63,713 bases of DNA, filler included, from Octopus bimaculoides (GCF_001194135.2; 5 parts of 5 records of this genome joined end to end with filler, not necessarily neighbours in it); one strand, 5' to 3'. Counted from the whole stretch's first letter, positions 13,098 to 25,509 are shown. The notes: a model not told the origin generated them from the letters alone. Translations and numbers: made by a program.

Positions 13098-13838
13098 NNN
13101 NNNNNNNNNNNNNNNNNNNNNNNNNNNNNNNNNNNNNNNNNNNNNNNNNNNNNNNNNNNNNNNNNNNNNNNNNNNNNNNNNNNNNNNNNNNNNNNNNNNN
13201 NNNNNNNNNNNNNNNNNNNNNNNNNNNNNNNNNNNNNNNNNNNNNNNNNNNNNNNNNNNNNNNNNNNNNNNNNNNNNNNNNNNNNNNNNNNNNNNNNNNN
13301 NNNNNNNNNNNNNNNNNNNNNNNNNNNNNNNNNNNNNNNNNNNNNNNNNNNNNNNNNNNNNNNNNNNNNNNNNNNNNNNNNNNNNNNNNNNNNNNNNNNN
13401 NNNNNNNNNNNNNNNNNNNNNNNNNNNNNNNNNNNNNNNNNNNNNNNNNNNNNNNNNNNNNNNNNNNNNNNNNNNNNNNNNNNNNNNNNNNNNNNNNNNN
13501 NNNNNNNNNNNNNNAGAGAGACGTTTCAGGACAATCCAGAAAGAGGAAAAAAATCATAATAAAGGATGGGGAAAGGATAGATAGAGAGGGAGAGAGAAGG
13601 GTTTCTTTTCAATTTGATATGGTCAATTCACTGAAACTTTATTACAAAGTATTTTTCTTTATTCTTTCTCTTTTCTATCTTTTTTCTTTTTCCATTATAT
13701 ACCTATAAACACATTTTATCTTCATTTATCATCATCACTATTGATGGATGAATAGAAAACATTTATGTTACACTATTACTGTTGTTTCTATATGGGACTC
13801 TAATGTTAATAACGTGGTACTCATCTGTATAAATGATC

Positions 13839-13869
<31 letters not shown>

Positions 13870-14299
13870 NNNNNNNNNNAACTTACATATACTCGAGAAA
13901 GAATACTAGAACCATTTTACCACTGATTCGGAAAGAGATCTATGCTGACTTTATTTTCCTAATTTATGAATATTGTACGAATTTTTTATGTTTGTTCATG
14001 CAAAACATAGAATTACACAGAATATGGGACTTGGCTATACAGTGTAAAAGAATATACATTTTCATAGGATTTTGAACTTTGAAATCTTTTAAATCCAATG
14101 GAATTCTGGTCTAATAATCTACTGGTTAATATTTGAAGAGTGGTTTTCAAATGCTAATTCAAATTACAATTAATTGTAGTAGTTTTGTTAACATTTTGCT
14201 GTATGTTGTACATTATTTATTTAGAGGCATTTCACTTATTTTGTGTTTATAATAGAATTAGTTGAACTATCAAATGCGATTGTGCAAGGAACGGAGTCT

Positions 14300-14510
14300 G
14301 GCTGCTTCACTCTCATTGTAGGCATAAAAATTGACCTCGGTAAGGAAGCCCTGAATCCAATATGGACCATGATAGAGTATAGGCTATATTTGTATTTTTG
14401 AGATGATGTATGCGACTGGCGAGTGTTGTAGATTTACTATGTCCATCGTATCTAAAATAGCGAATGTCTTCGGACAAAAGTAGTTTAGCATTGTGATTCA
14501 AGAATGGCGT
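14300..14510 (-). mobile_element. Penelope-like GIY-YIG endonuclease 3' remnant
   Basis: STTLASRIHHLKNTNIAYTLSWSILDSGLPY resembles the conserved PLE endonuclease tail (TxLSxHIWxLK..IxWxI). Confidence 0.55.
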
Positions 14511-14740
14511 GTTGCGTAGAAGGAATTATACTAAGTATTAGGAAGGATGAAGCAAGGTATTCTATTTTAATCCGTTATAATCCACTTTCTTTGAACCTTG
14601 TGGTAAATTAGTATCTGAAGTGATACCACGTTTTGCGTGTTTATTCTTTCTTTGTAATACACACGCACACACAGACACTCACAGACACGCACACGCGCAC
14701 ACATCTATCTATCTATCTGCAATGGATAAATATCACTTAC

Positions 14741-14927
14741 CAACAAAATCATTCTTGTTACATAAGTTTCCGGTGCAACAAGCAACACAAGAGGTGCCAT
14801 TTGTCCTCCATTTGTTGCATGTAAATGTATTGTTTCTCTCAGCTTCAACGCATGTTCTGTATGTGCTGCAGGATCTTTCAAACTTCAGTGACACACCTTT
14901 CATTGATATCATATATCTGCACACGGG
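14741..14927 (-). CDS. Ly6/uPAR-SEA-like gene, coding exon 3 (PVCRYMISMKGVSLKFERSCSTYRTCVEAERNNTFTCNKWRTNGTSCVACCTGNLCNKNDFV)
   Basis: Acceptor tttattactacag, donor GTAAGT; 187 nt, phase 0 to 1. Contains the LU-domain signature CCxxxxCN. Confidence 0.92.
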
Positions 14928-15639
14928 CTGTAGTAATAAATATGAAAGCCATATACTACTACCACAACTTTTACTACAACTACTACTGCTAACATCAACA
15001 GCAGCAGCAACAACAACAACAACAGTGAGAACAGCAACAACATCAACAGCAGCAGCAGCAGCAGCAGTAGCAGCAACAGCATCGTATTGAAAGTTAACTA
15101 CGTTAGTAATCTACAAAATTTAGATATTTACCAATTATAAATGATGCATTATAACTTTTTACAATGTCCAACAACATTCAAATACCACACGTAAATACTG
15201 CCATCGGGTATGCAAACCGTATCAACAACAAAACCCAAAAAAATAATTAAAAAAGGCATTAGCCATCATTAAGAATGACAATCTAAATAAAGCGACCAGA
15301 CTTAATTCTCTATGTCTCGCATATATAACAGAAAATGCATCATTGGACACGAGTGGGGTATGTTTCTGTTCTGCATGCATATTTTATAGCAACACTCACA
15401 AAATGATAATACAATATACCCGTATTAAGTTCGGAGAGAAAATAGCCCAGATCTCGATGTATCACTGAACCTCAAGAAATGTCTTAACTTACTAAGACTA
15501 TTTCTCAAACGAAAATGTATCAGAGATTGAGTATGCCAATTAAAAGGAAGGCTACATAACGTAAACTCAAGTATCACAAAACACCAAACAACAATAAAAG
15601 CACTGAGAAGGTGCGATGCAAAGCGGTTCTGTGAAGATG

Positions 15640-17440
15640 CTGTTAAATTTGATCACTGAGAAGGAACAGCTGTGCATTGCAGCGATCTATCCTATGGAAA
15701 CAGGTCTAAACCTGGCCACTTACAGGATGAGTTCCATACATCGATGGTTGGCTGGTTCTAATTGATCAGGGCCTCAAGAAAGCCAGCTTTGTTTTCATCC
15801 TTTTCTATGGTACTTTATTTAAGGTTGCGTTTGTCATGGGTGGATGCTTAGGATCGCTCACGTTTGCACTTCCCTATCGAGATCACCCACTAGTTCCAAC
15901 CTTTTCGCTAATATCTTGGCCAAAATCTTAAACCATGTGTTTAACACAGTCATTGGAGAAAAATTGCGTCCCCTATGAAGGCGTCCATTCTCAGCAGCGT
16001 TACTAATCTTCAGCTCACAGCACTACGAGTTCTACTGTTCTGATATCAGTTGTGGTAAATATCTGTCAAGAGGTTGCTAAATAAATCTGTCATGAATTTG
16101 TAAAATCGGAAGGCAGATCATTGAAACCCAGTTACTTGCGTTTTGGACAAGTGCTCATGGCCTCCATTATTTCAGCTGTCATCGGCTACATATTTCGTCT
16201 GCAAAGAGCTGTGGTAGTCCGATGAGGTAGGTGCTGAAGTCCACTACCACCCTGAATATATCTGCTCAGAAACCAGCAGCTCACACCCTTCCCCATCTAA
16301 CAAAGACCAGGTCGTAGTTTTGCTGTCACGTTGTACCTCTTCTCCACAAGGTCATCGGACAACTTTTACTTTCGTGTTTAAGCGCAGTTGCCATTGCTCT
16401 GACAATATATCCGCTTTCTTTTTCATTGAAGAAATGATAAAGGGCCATTATCACTACTAGCACGTCCCCCGAAATGTTTTGCAACAATCACATCTCCTAG
16501 GCTGGTCATTAATTCCCCCTCCATTCCATTTCTCTCTATCATCGGCTCTGTGATAAACGCTGTCGATTCTGGTCTAATAACTTCTTTAATTAACTAATAA
16601 CTTCTAATAACTCCTTTAATGGCACACCATCAGCGCTTGCTGTTGATTACCCGCATCAACTGCATCCTAAGCAATTCACTAATCTGGCCCTTGTAAATCT
16701 TCGTGAGTTACTAGGCACGCGTTCAACTTCCAGTAACTTGGGCTCCTGTCGTTGGGTCCATTTTAAATCGATCGAGCAGATCGGTAATTTCTGGTCTGTG
16801 TAACCGACTGCTTTGAACTGTGGACATCCTACACTACCCTATCTATTGACCTAACAATCGAGATGTTCCATTCTGGTTGCCCCATGTCCACACAGGCATA
16901 TCAGGTAGGAAGATGTCAGACAGGTGGAAACTTCCGACCGGAATTTCGAGATTTTTATACCGCTTTCTTTGTATTTGTCTCACACAGTCCCATCGTACAT
17001 CTAAAATAGAGTTCCAAATCCCCCTAGTAAAGATCGAAAGTCCTTAGCAAAGCTTCAAAGTGTCAGGTGAAACCATTCCGCTGTCCATCTTGAGGAATAG
17101 GAAGTTACTAACCTGAAAACACTACATTCGTTGCATAAAGTTGGTGCTTTCAGATGTCACTGCAGCATCCAAAACCACAGTACTACTGCCTAGTTCTCGC
17201 AGTAGTGTGCGTAGTTCGATATCTATGGATTTCCATAATACCACTGACAAACTATCGCTCGAAAGCAAGCAGTCCGCGAGTAAAGATATTTCATAATTAA
17301 CGAAAATATTTGCGAGTGTATGCGCTTCAGAGATATTGGTTTCGCTAATGGCTTCTACATATAAACCTAGCGACCTGAGGTCATTCGGGAAGTGACCTTG
17401 TTTCTAAGCTGACTTCAGGCTATGTACATCCAACATTCTG
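15640..17440 (-). mobile_element. Decayed Tx1/L1-clade ORF2 (APE endonuclease plus RT)
   Basis: Minus frames read LDVHSLKSA*KQGHFPNDLRSLGLYVEAISET (APE N-terminus, about 17400-17330) and NFSPMTVLNTWFKILAKILAKRL (RT domain, about 15960-15900). Confidence 0.78.
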
Positions 17441-17798
17441 CTCTGAATAAAGTTACGTTTAACGAGGAAAGAATAGACAACACATCACTTATAAAGCCAT
17501 AGATTCGATTAGATGACACAAAGTGTCCTTGAATAAGGCACTTCACTTCATGATGCTATAGTCTACTCAACTGAAAATGAGTAGCAGCCTGGTATTAGGT
17601 ATCTCTCTCTCCATTCAGTTGTCACATCCTTGATGCTCCACTGACTCAATGATGAGAAAGCTGAGAGCGACATTTTTAGCGGAAGTATGGTACGAACTAT
17701 AAGCGAAAGTGTGGTACAAGATGCCGGATCATACAGACTTGTGAGTGACGTTATGGACATATTATAGCGCAAAGGAAGAAAGAAACATTTCAGTTTAC

Positions 17799-17890
17799 CT
17801 CTATGTTTGAACAGCTTGTCACTTCTGAATCATTGCACATCATCCCCGAACACGTTTGACACTGCAAGTTTCGTTGAAATAACGAGTAAT
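17799..17890 (-). CDS. Ly6/uPAR-SEA-like gene, coding exon 2 (YSLFQRNLQCQTCSGMMCNDSEVTSCSNIE)
   Basis: Acceptor tgttttcttatgttctgtag, donor GTAAAC; 92 nt, phase 1 to 0. LxCxxC is the canonical start of a LU domain. Confidence 0.9.
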
Positions 17891-18754
17891 CTACAGAACA
17901 TAAGAAAACAATAACAATTAGGAGCTAAATAGTGTAATGTATAACAATAAGAAGAAATATTTATTTTGCGATGTAACGTAAATGTATATGTGTTAGTTTT
18001 GGAATTAATGCATATTAGATATATACAATCTATTATTAATGAAAACTATAAATACATTTCATTTTCATCGGAAAATTTCTGTTATGTCACAAATTCAAGT
18101 AAAAAACAAGTTGTTGTTTTCCCTTTAAATTCTGCCCTCACAAAAGATGTGAAAATTATGGAACAACTCGACTGAAAAGTAGTAATTCTTAAGCGGTGAT
18201 TACGCCATGCTGTACAATTACCTCCCTAATAAAACATGAGAATGTAATCGAAATTATGTTGCAACGTACAAAAATATCATTGACCTAATGCGGTAGTCAA
18301 ATCCCGGTATATGTCATTAGGACAGAAAGGAAAGTACAACACAGTTTGATTATGCAATTAATAATAATAATTATTTTTGTTACGGAGAGTGGCGTAACAA
18401 AATATCTTAGAAACAAATTCTGATGGTTCCTTTTATATTCTACATTCATTTCTATGGTGACGACATATGTCCTAGTGGTTGGGGTGTTGCGATCGCGAGG
18501 TGGTGGTTTTAATTCTTAGACCGAGTGGTGCGGTGTTTTCTTTAGCAGAACACTTTATCTCGGGTTGCTCTGCGATCACTTCGACACCCTATTTTTGGTA
18601 CACCGTGTACCTCTCCAGGCAACGTCAATTTGACGGAGAAAGTGAGGTTGTGTACAGCACAAACGTGTGATCATTAGAAACAAATTATTCGGGCAGCTTT
18701 TCAATAAGAAACTGCACAACCATCTTTTTCGAGTTACGAGAGACTACCATCATT

Positions 18755-18792
<38 letters not shown>

Positions 18793-19000
18793 NNNNNNNN
18801 NNNNNNNNNNNNNNNNNNNNNNNNNNNNNNNNNNNNTTAATTAATTAANNNNNNNNNNNNNNNNNNNNNNNNNNNNNNNNNNNNNNNNNNNNATATATAT
18901 ATATATATGTATGTATGTATATATACTTATACATGCGCATTAATATATATAATATATTTATGTGTATGCATGTATATATATATATGTATTTATGTGTGTA

Positions 19001-19060
<60 letters not shown>

Positions 19061-19105
19061 TATATATGTATGTATACATATATGTCTGTGTATACATACA
19101 TATAT

Positions 19106-19137
<32 letters not shown>

Positions 19138-20049
19138 GTGTGTGTGCATGTATATATGTGCGTATGTCTATGTGTATAGATAACGCCCACGCAACTGTTT
19201 ATCGTACGATACGAAGAGCCAATAGTCTCCCCCTCCGCTCTCTCCCCCCACAAATACAGACACCAATGAAAAGCAAATTCTGACATGAATGGCGGACTAC
19301 ACCACACATATGCGTTACACACATTTTCCTTTCATGAATGAAGTGGAAATTATTTGGAGCGAAGGAAAACTACTCCCAGCTGTTAATGACGATCTGGGTA
19401 GATGGAGAGGGGGTGTGGGTGAGGGTAATAGTGATGATGATGGTGGCGGGATGATGGGTCAAAGAATGAATGATGTGGGTTGTTTGTGTGTGTGAAAGGT
19501 GGGTAATAAATCAATCGGTTTATTCAGTTATTTATTGTTATCATTATTATTATTATTATTATTATTATTCATTCATAATCATTATAACAATGATTATGAC
19601 GTTGATATAGATGCTTGGGGTGGGTGTTATAGGGGGCGGGGCGTTAGCTATTCACGAAGTGATGGCAGTGGTGGTGATGATGAAAAGTAGCGGAACGGAG
19701 GGGGAAGAGGAGGAGTAACAGATAGTGTTATGGAGCTATTCGTAAATAGGTTAGTATTAGTGATTGACTTAGTTCAGGTGAGGATGATGATGATAAGGTG
19801 GTGATGGTGGTGGTGGTGGTAGTAGTAGTAGTATGCGGTGTTAGGCAATTCAGGTCGTGGTGTAGTAGTGGAAGTGGAGGAACGGGGCGCATTCTTGGTA
19901 GTTGTGATAGCAGTAAAAAGCAATTGTATAGTATGAGTGAGGGGCTTTTTTTCCATCGTAATTTTTATATTTGGTGCCAGAGAAGGCTATATCTAATTAA
20001 TTAAAAAAATCTACTACTGTTACTACTACTTATAATAATAATAATAATG

Positions 20050-20462
20050 AGTTCAAATTTTGGCACAAGGCCAGCAATTTTGGAAGAGGGGGGGTAAGTC
20101 GATTACGCCGACCACCGTGCTCAACTGGTACTTATTTTATCGATCCCCGAAAGGATGATAGGAAAACACAGACCGTAAAGTCAAATGAAATGCCGCTGTT
20201 TTGCCTGGCGTGCTAACGATTCTGCCAGCAACAACAATAATAATCCCTTCTGCTATAGGCACAAGGCCCGAAATTTTTTGCGGGGGAGGGCTTAAGTCGA
20301 TTACATCGACCCTAGTGTTTCACTAGTACTTAATTTATCGACCCTGAAAGGATGAAAGGTAAAAGTCGAGCTCGGCAGATTTTGAACTCAGATCGTAACG
20401 ACGGGCGGAAATACCGCTAAGCATTTCGTCCAGAGTGCTAATGATTCTGCTAGCTCGCCGCT

Positions 20463-20512
<50 letters not shown>

Positions 20513-20902
20513 TAATATTCCTTTCTGCTGGAGGCACAGGGCCTCAAATTTGTGGGGAGGGTACTAGTCGATTACATCGACCCCAGTGTTTCCCTGCTAC
20601 TTAATTTATCGACCCCGAAAGGATGAAAGGCAGAGTCGACCTTGGCGGAATTTGAAGTCAGATCGTAGCGAGGGGTGAAATACCGCTAAACATTTCGTTC
20701 AGCGTGCTTAACGATTAGTAATTCTTCTGCTTCTTCTTCTAATATATTTCTTTATTGCCCACAGGGGGATAAACATAGAGGGGACAAACGAGGACAGACA
20801 AAGGGATTAAGTCGATTACATCGACTCCAGTGCGTAACTGGTACTTATTTAATCGACCTCGAAAGGGTGAAAGGCAAAGTCGACCTCGGCGGAATTTGAA
20901 CT

Positions 20903-20941
<39 letters not shown>

Positions 20942-21080
20942 CCTTTCTTCTATAGGCACAAGGGCTGAAATTTTGTGGGGAGGGGACTAGTTGACCACAA
21001 TGTTTCATTTGTATTTAATTTATCGACCCCGAAAGGATGAAAGGCAAAGTCAACCTCGACGGAATTTGAACTCAGAACGT
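20050..21080 (-). repeat. Five head-to-tail copies of a tRNA-derived SINE separated by (AAT)n
   Basis: Recurring ggcacaagg..aagtcgattacatcgacc..atcgaccccgaaaggatgaaaggcaaagtcgacctcggcggaatttgaactcag; B-box-like GAGTTCAAATTCC on the minus strand. Confidence 0.88.
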
Positions 21081-21387
21081 AAGCTGCAATGTGTGTGCAT
21101 GGAAAACTCGGAAATGAAAGCTTAATCTCTACAACACTGCATCAACCATCACTTTCCCTAAAACTCATACCTAACGCAGTCTCTTTCACCAAAGACCTCT
21201 CTTTCGGGCATTCCTCCCAAACTTATGAGATATGGAAAGAGAAAGTAAAATAGCAAAAGGAAGTAAGAGAGAGCATGGAAAGAGCTGGAATGGAAATAGG
21301 AAGGCTAAGTGTGGTGAGAGAATAAGAGAGGGAGGGAGGGAGAGTTTTAGTGAAGATTTTCTACCTAAATCACTCAAAATAAGTTAC

Positions 21388-21454
21388 CTTCATTCGTTAA
21401 TAGTAAAAATACCAGAACCAAAACAATATGAATACTCCAAAATGCAGTTTCCAT
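21388..21454 (-). CDS. Ly6/uPAR-SEA-like gene, coding exon 1: signal peptide METAFWSIHIVLVLVFLLLTNE
   Basis: ATG at 21454, hydrophobic h-region, donor GAAG|GTAACT in phase 1, joining exon 2 as GAT (Asp). Confidence 0.85.
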
Positions 21455-22816
21455 TCACAAAACGCATGTCTAGTCAATGGTAATTGTTTACAAAATGCAT
21501 TATCTATGCAACAGCTTATCACATCTAATTAATCCAAATGGTATAGACAGATTATATAGGATTAACAGCAAATTAAATTGTTCCTTTAGAACATTATGAA
21601 AAATGATTCGATTTAAGCTAAGCGACACATAACTGGTTTCTGGAAGTTAAAAAAAAAGATCTACTCTTCAACATTAGATGATGCAGTTGAAGGAGCACCA
21701 TATACACTTAACTCATTCTGTAGTATATGAGAAACTCTTACATTTTATAACATCATACTGTAAAACACTGAATAAGTATACGAAGCTATTTTCTACGTTC
21801 TCCAATATGAGAAAATACTTTCCTAGCGTAATGGCACCCCACCAACTGTATCCTGTAATACCAACAAGACACAAGATTTTTTCTTTTCTTTTTAAAAATT
21901 GTTTAAAGTCTTATCTGTAGAAAGACACATTTAAATAATAAATTATAATATCTATCTATCTATAGAGGTGGAACTACAAAACCTACTCCACATTTATCTG
22001 ACGAGTCATGCAATGGCGAAACTCCACGTTGTAATGTGAATATATAATATCTAGCTATTCATCTCTCTCCGTCTGTCGGTCTCTTTCACATATTTGTGTG
22101 TGTGTGTGTGTGTGTTTGTACTTCTTTCCTCAATCAACTGATGTATACAGTCAACCAAAAAGACAGTTTGAAAGGAACCTTTGCTTCAATTTTTAATCTT
22201 GTTTATTTTACTTCATGCACACACAAAACAAATGTGCATACATCCACACAATAGATTCAAAAGGCGTGTACACAGTATCGTCCCGTAGTTGAAAGAGTTG
22301 GAGCAGCTAGACACTAAATAAAACGTACTTTTCGTTCAATCCTCATCATAATAAACAGAAATGTATATCCTTGACAAAAAGCCATGTGGATATGACAGAA
22401 AATATAGAGGGCTCTTTATGATCTGAATTCAAATTGAACCTGGAACCATGTTGTTGTAAATAGGACTTCCTAACCATAAAGCCGTGCATGAATATAGCTT
22501 TTCTTGGCTTTCACAACCATCAAAGAAACATTTGTTTGAATCCTTACAGTTGTGAAAAAAGACAAATAAATGACATAACTTTTAACTTGACTAGGCAAAC
22601 ATGATAGAAAAAAATGTAGAAAACTATTAAAATTTAATCTCTATTTTTGAAATGATGCAAAATATAATTCTCCAGTCTTTATTCCGAAACACTCTATAAC
22701 ACAAGAGTCTCTAAAATGTGTTGAACACAAAATATACAAAATAAACGAAAGTTTTCGCCAGTGTACGAAAGCAGAATTCGTTAGTTTCAATTCATAATCC
22801 GTTATCTTCCACTCAC

Positions 22817-22830
22817 CTGATGACTTCCGG
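22817..22830 (-). promoter_or_regulatory. ETS-type motif CCGGAAGT directly before a strong donor CAG|GTGAGT; possible non-coding first exon of the Ly6-SEA gene
   Basis: Plus strand actcacctgatgacttccgg at 22811-22830. The link to the gene is inference. Confidence 0.3.
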
Positions 22831-25089
22831 TACACGTCTGCACACGCACGAACACATACACAGACACGTGTGTGTGGGGGGTGGGGGCAGTGTGTATGCA
22901 TGGTGGGAGACGTGGAGAAAGGAGAGGAGGGATAGAGTGAGTGAAAAACTAGGTGGAGGTGGCGGAGTAGAAAATGTGGGCAGCAAGCAACATGTCATTT
23001 GATCAACTTTATCGATATTGGAGGTGAGATTATTCTTTTTCTTGTTTTTGTGCTGCTTTTTATTTTTCATTTTATGAATGAACGGATGGTGGCGTTAGAG
23101 AGAGATAGAAAGTGAGAAAGAGAGAGAGAGGGGAAAATATAAGTAGGTGCATAATAATAGACGGTCTCGTGCCACCTTCCTCCTCCTTATAGCTCTTGAA
23201 CTCCACACACACACTGTTGTTGTTTTCGTTCATTGATGAAACGTTATTAATAAAAAGAGAAACAATGGCTGATAGCAACAATAACAACCCAATAAAATAG
23301 CTGTTTCAACAGCCGCGTTTGGTACGTAACACTGAAAGTGGCGGCAGCAGTGGTGGTGGTAGTATTGTCTTTTTTTTGTACTGATGGTGATGGTCGTGGT
23401 ATTTTTAGTGTAGGTGGTAGTAGTTAGTGATTTACGTAGTAGTAATGCTAATGATGATCATCGTTATGGTTATATTATTAGTAAATGGTGTCGTTTGTTT
23501 AGCCTCTCATCAAGCAGGCCGATGACCAAAAAAAAGCGTTAAGGTCTCGAACCTCTCGTACTCTATACAAACACTATACATATCTAATATAGGACCACAT
23601 TATGTAATGTGCGATGAAAGTTAGGCTGCTATTTCTAGCAGGTCGAACGACCAAATAGTAGTGCTTCTTATTTAACCCCAGGTCAACACTGATGGAACAC
23701 ACCAACGATGAAAGATATTCCAATCGCAAGCATCATGTCTTTTCTTCCCCCCCCCCTTATGTGCGGGGAACCCAGCCAACCACACAATCGATCCAGCGTG
23801 TTATTTTTAAGACGACAGGGGTGTGTAATTTGCGGGAGATTTAACTGCTTTTTTATACCAGGTTCAGTGACCAGGTAAGAGGCTCTGTCGTTATCTCGCA
23901 CGTACTAGACTTATGGTGCTGTTAGTGCGTGGGTGGTGGCGGCGGCGGCGGTAGTAGTGATTTTGTCGTTTGTATAATAGTACTTAATGATTGTGGTGGA
24001 GAATGGAATCAATGCTGTTATTGTGCCCTTGTCCCCCTCCTTCATTATTATTATTATTATTATTATTTCAGTGATATGAGAGACTGGACTTTGGCTACTA
24101 TTATTTCTAACAGGTCGAAAGACCACACTGCCTGTCTTGATTCGTTGTAGTAATGTTGGTATTGATAGTAGGGGAAGTAGTAGTAGTAGTAACAGTTGTC
24201 TAAGATATTTACGAAATATTAAACACAACACTTTTAACTTAGTATAGGTGCGCGTGCGCGTATTTTATATATATATATACACACACACATACATACAACA
24301 CGCATGTGTGAGTGAGACAGAAAACTATAAAATGTGTATGAAAAAGGAAGAGAGAGATGAGAAAGAGAATATTGGGAATACCTTTTCATGATTATATGTC
24401 TTTGACACATTTTAAAAATATTGATTTATTCCTCTGGTGGGTAGGAGTGTGTGTGGCGTGAATAGTAAATAGAATCGAACATATCACTCCCACCTCCCAT
24501 ATCTAAACAGAATTTCTTTATCGAACGCGGAGAGACAAAAGAGAAAATCACTCCTGGGCGAAGTTCGAACGAAAAACGCTATGTGACCGGTAGATTGCTG
24601 TACTGTGTTCGTCGGTGTCGCGTCCCCATTTCGTCACTACACCGCCTCCACACGTTTATAAAATATATAAAAAATATAGTTTGTTAGTGAGAAAGCTCAC
24701 TCGCACCATAGTAACAACAATCATTAAGCCAAGAGACTTTACGTGGTCACCCTATATGCTAGAAATAGCAGCCAAATCTCTCAAATCAAACTGCTACTGT
24801 TTAGTGTAAAATTTTCGTCAAAAATAAATTGGAAAATGGTAGTAGTTGTAAATCGTTAATAAAAATGACAGATTGGTTGGGGCTAACGAGCCTTTGATGA
24901 CAGATCCGGGTCTAAACGACGAGAAAACGATAAAGAAGAGCTTAGACAGAACAAGAGTCACCCAAACCTTAAATACATACCAACACATACATATGCCATG
25001 TCAGGTCAGCCAACGAGAAGAAATTGGAGACAAGCAACCAGTTTAACTAGTCATTTACTTATACATACATACATTAAACAAAAAAAAAA

Positions 25090-25400
25090 CTTTTACTTCG
25101 AGTCATTACACTGCGGCCATGTTGGAGCACCGCCTTTAAAGATTTTAGCGAATCGACCCAGTACTTTTTTTTTATAAGCCTGGTACTTGTTCTATCAGTC
25201 TATTTTTCCGAACCGCTAAGTTACGGAGAGATAATCACACTAACACTAGTTGTCAAGCAGTACTGGGGAACAGACACAAACGCAAAGACACACATACGAA
25301 CTTCTTTCAGCTTCCGTCTACCAAATCCACTCACAAGACTATAGTAGGACTAAACCAGGATCATGTGGCTGGGAAGCAAATTTCTTATCACACAGCCAGC
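25090..25400 (+). repeat. SINE-like repeat, CpG-retaining copy
   Basis: Same family as 12545-12790. Confidence 0.75.
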
Positions 25401-25509
25401 CAGTTATCCATCCAGACACACGTGGTATGCAGTTGGTCTTGAAACTTCACATAAAAAATGCAACTAATGTGTGGCTGAAAGGTAGCACATTCTTCTTTCA
25501 TCCAGGAAC

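Noticed and set aside
14620-15090. 156-aa plus-strand ORF
   Set aside because: Antisense shadow of exon 3 plus (CAG/CAA)n repeats.
18837-18848. TTAATTAATTAA palindrome centred in Ns (also 33538-33549, 43928-43939, 60594-60605)
   Set aside because: Always centred in a 100-base gap and contains stops in all six frames: a scaffolding spacer, not biology.
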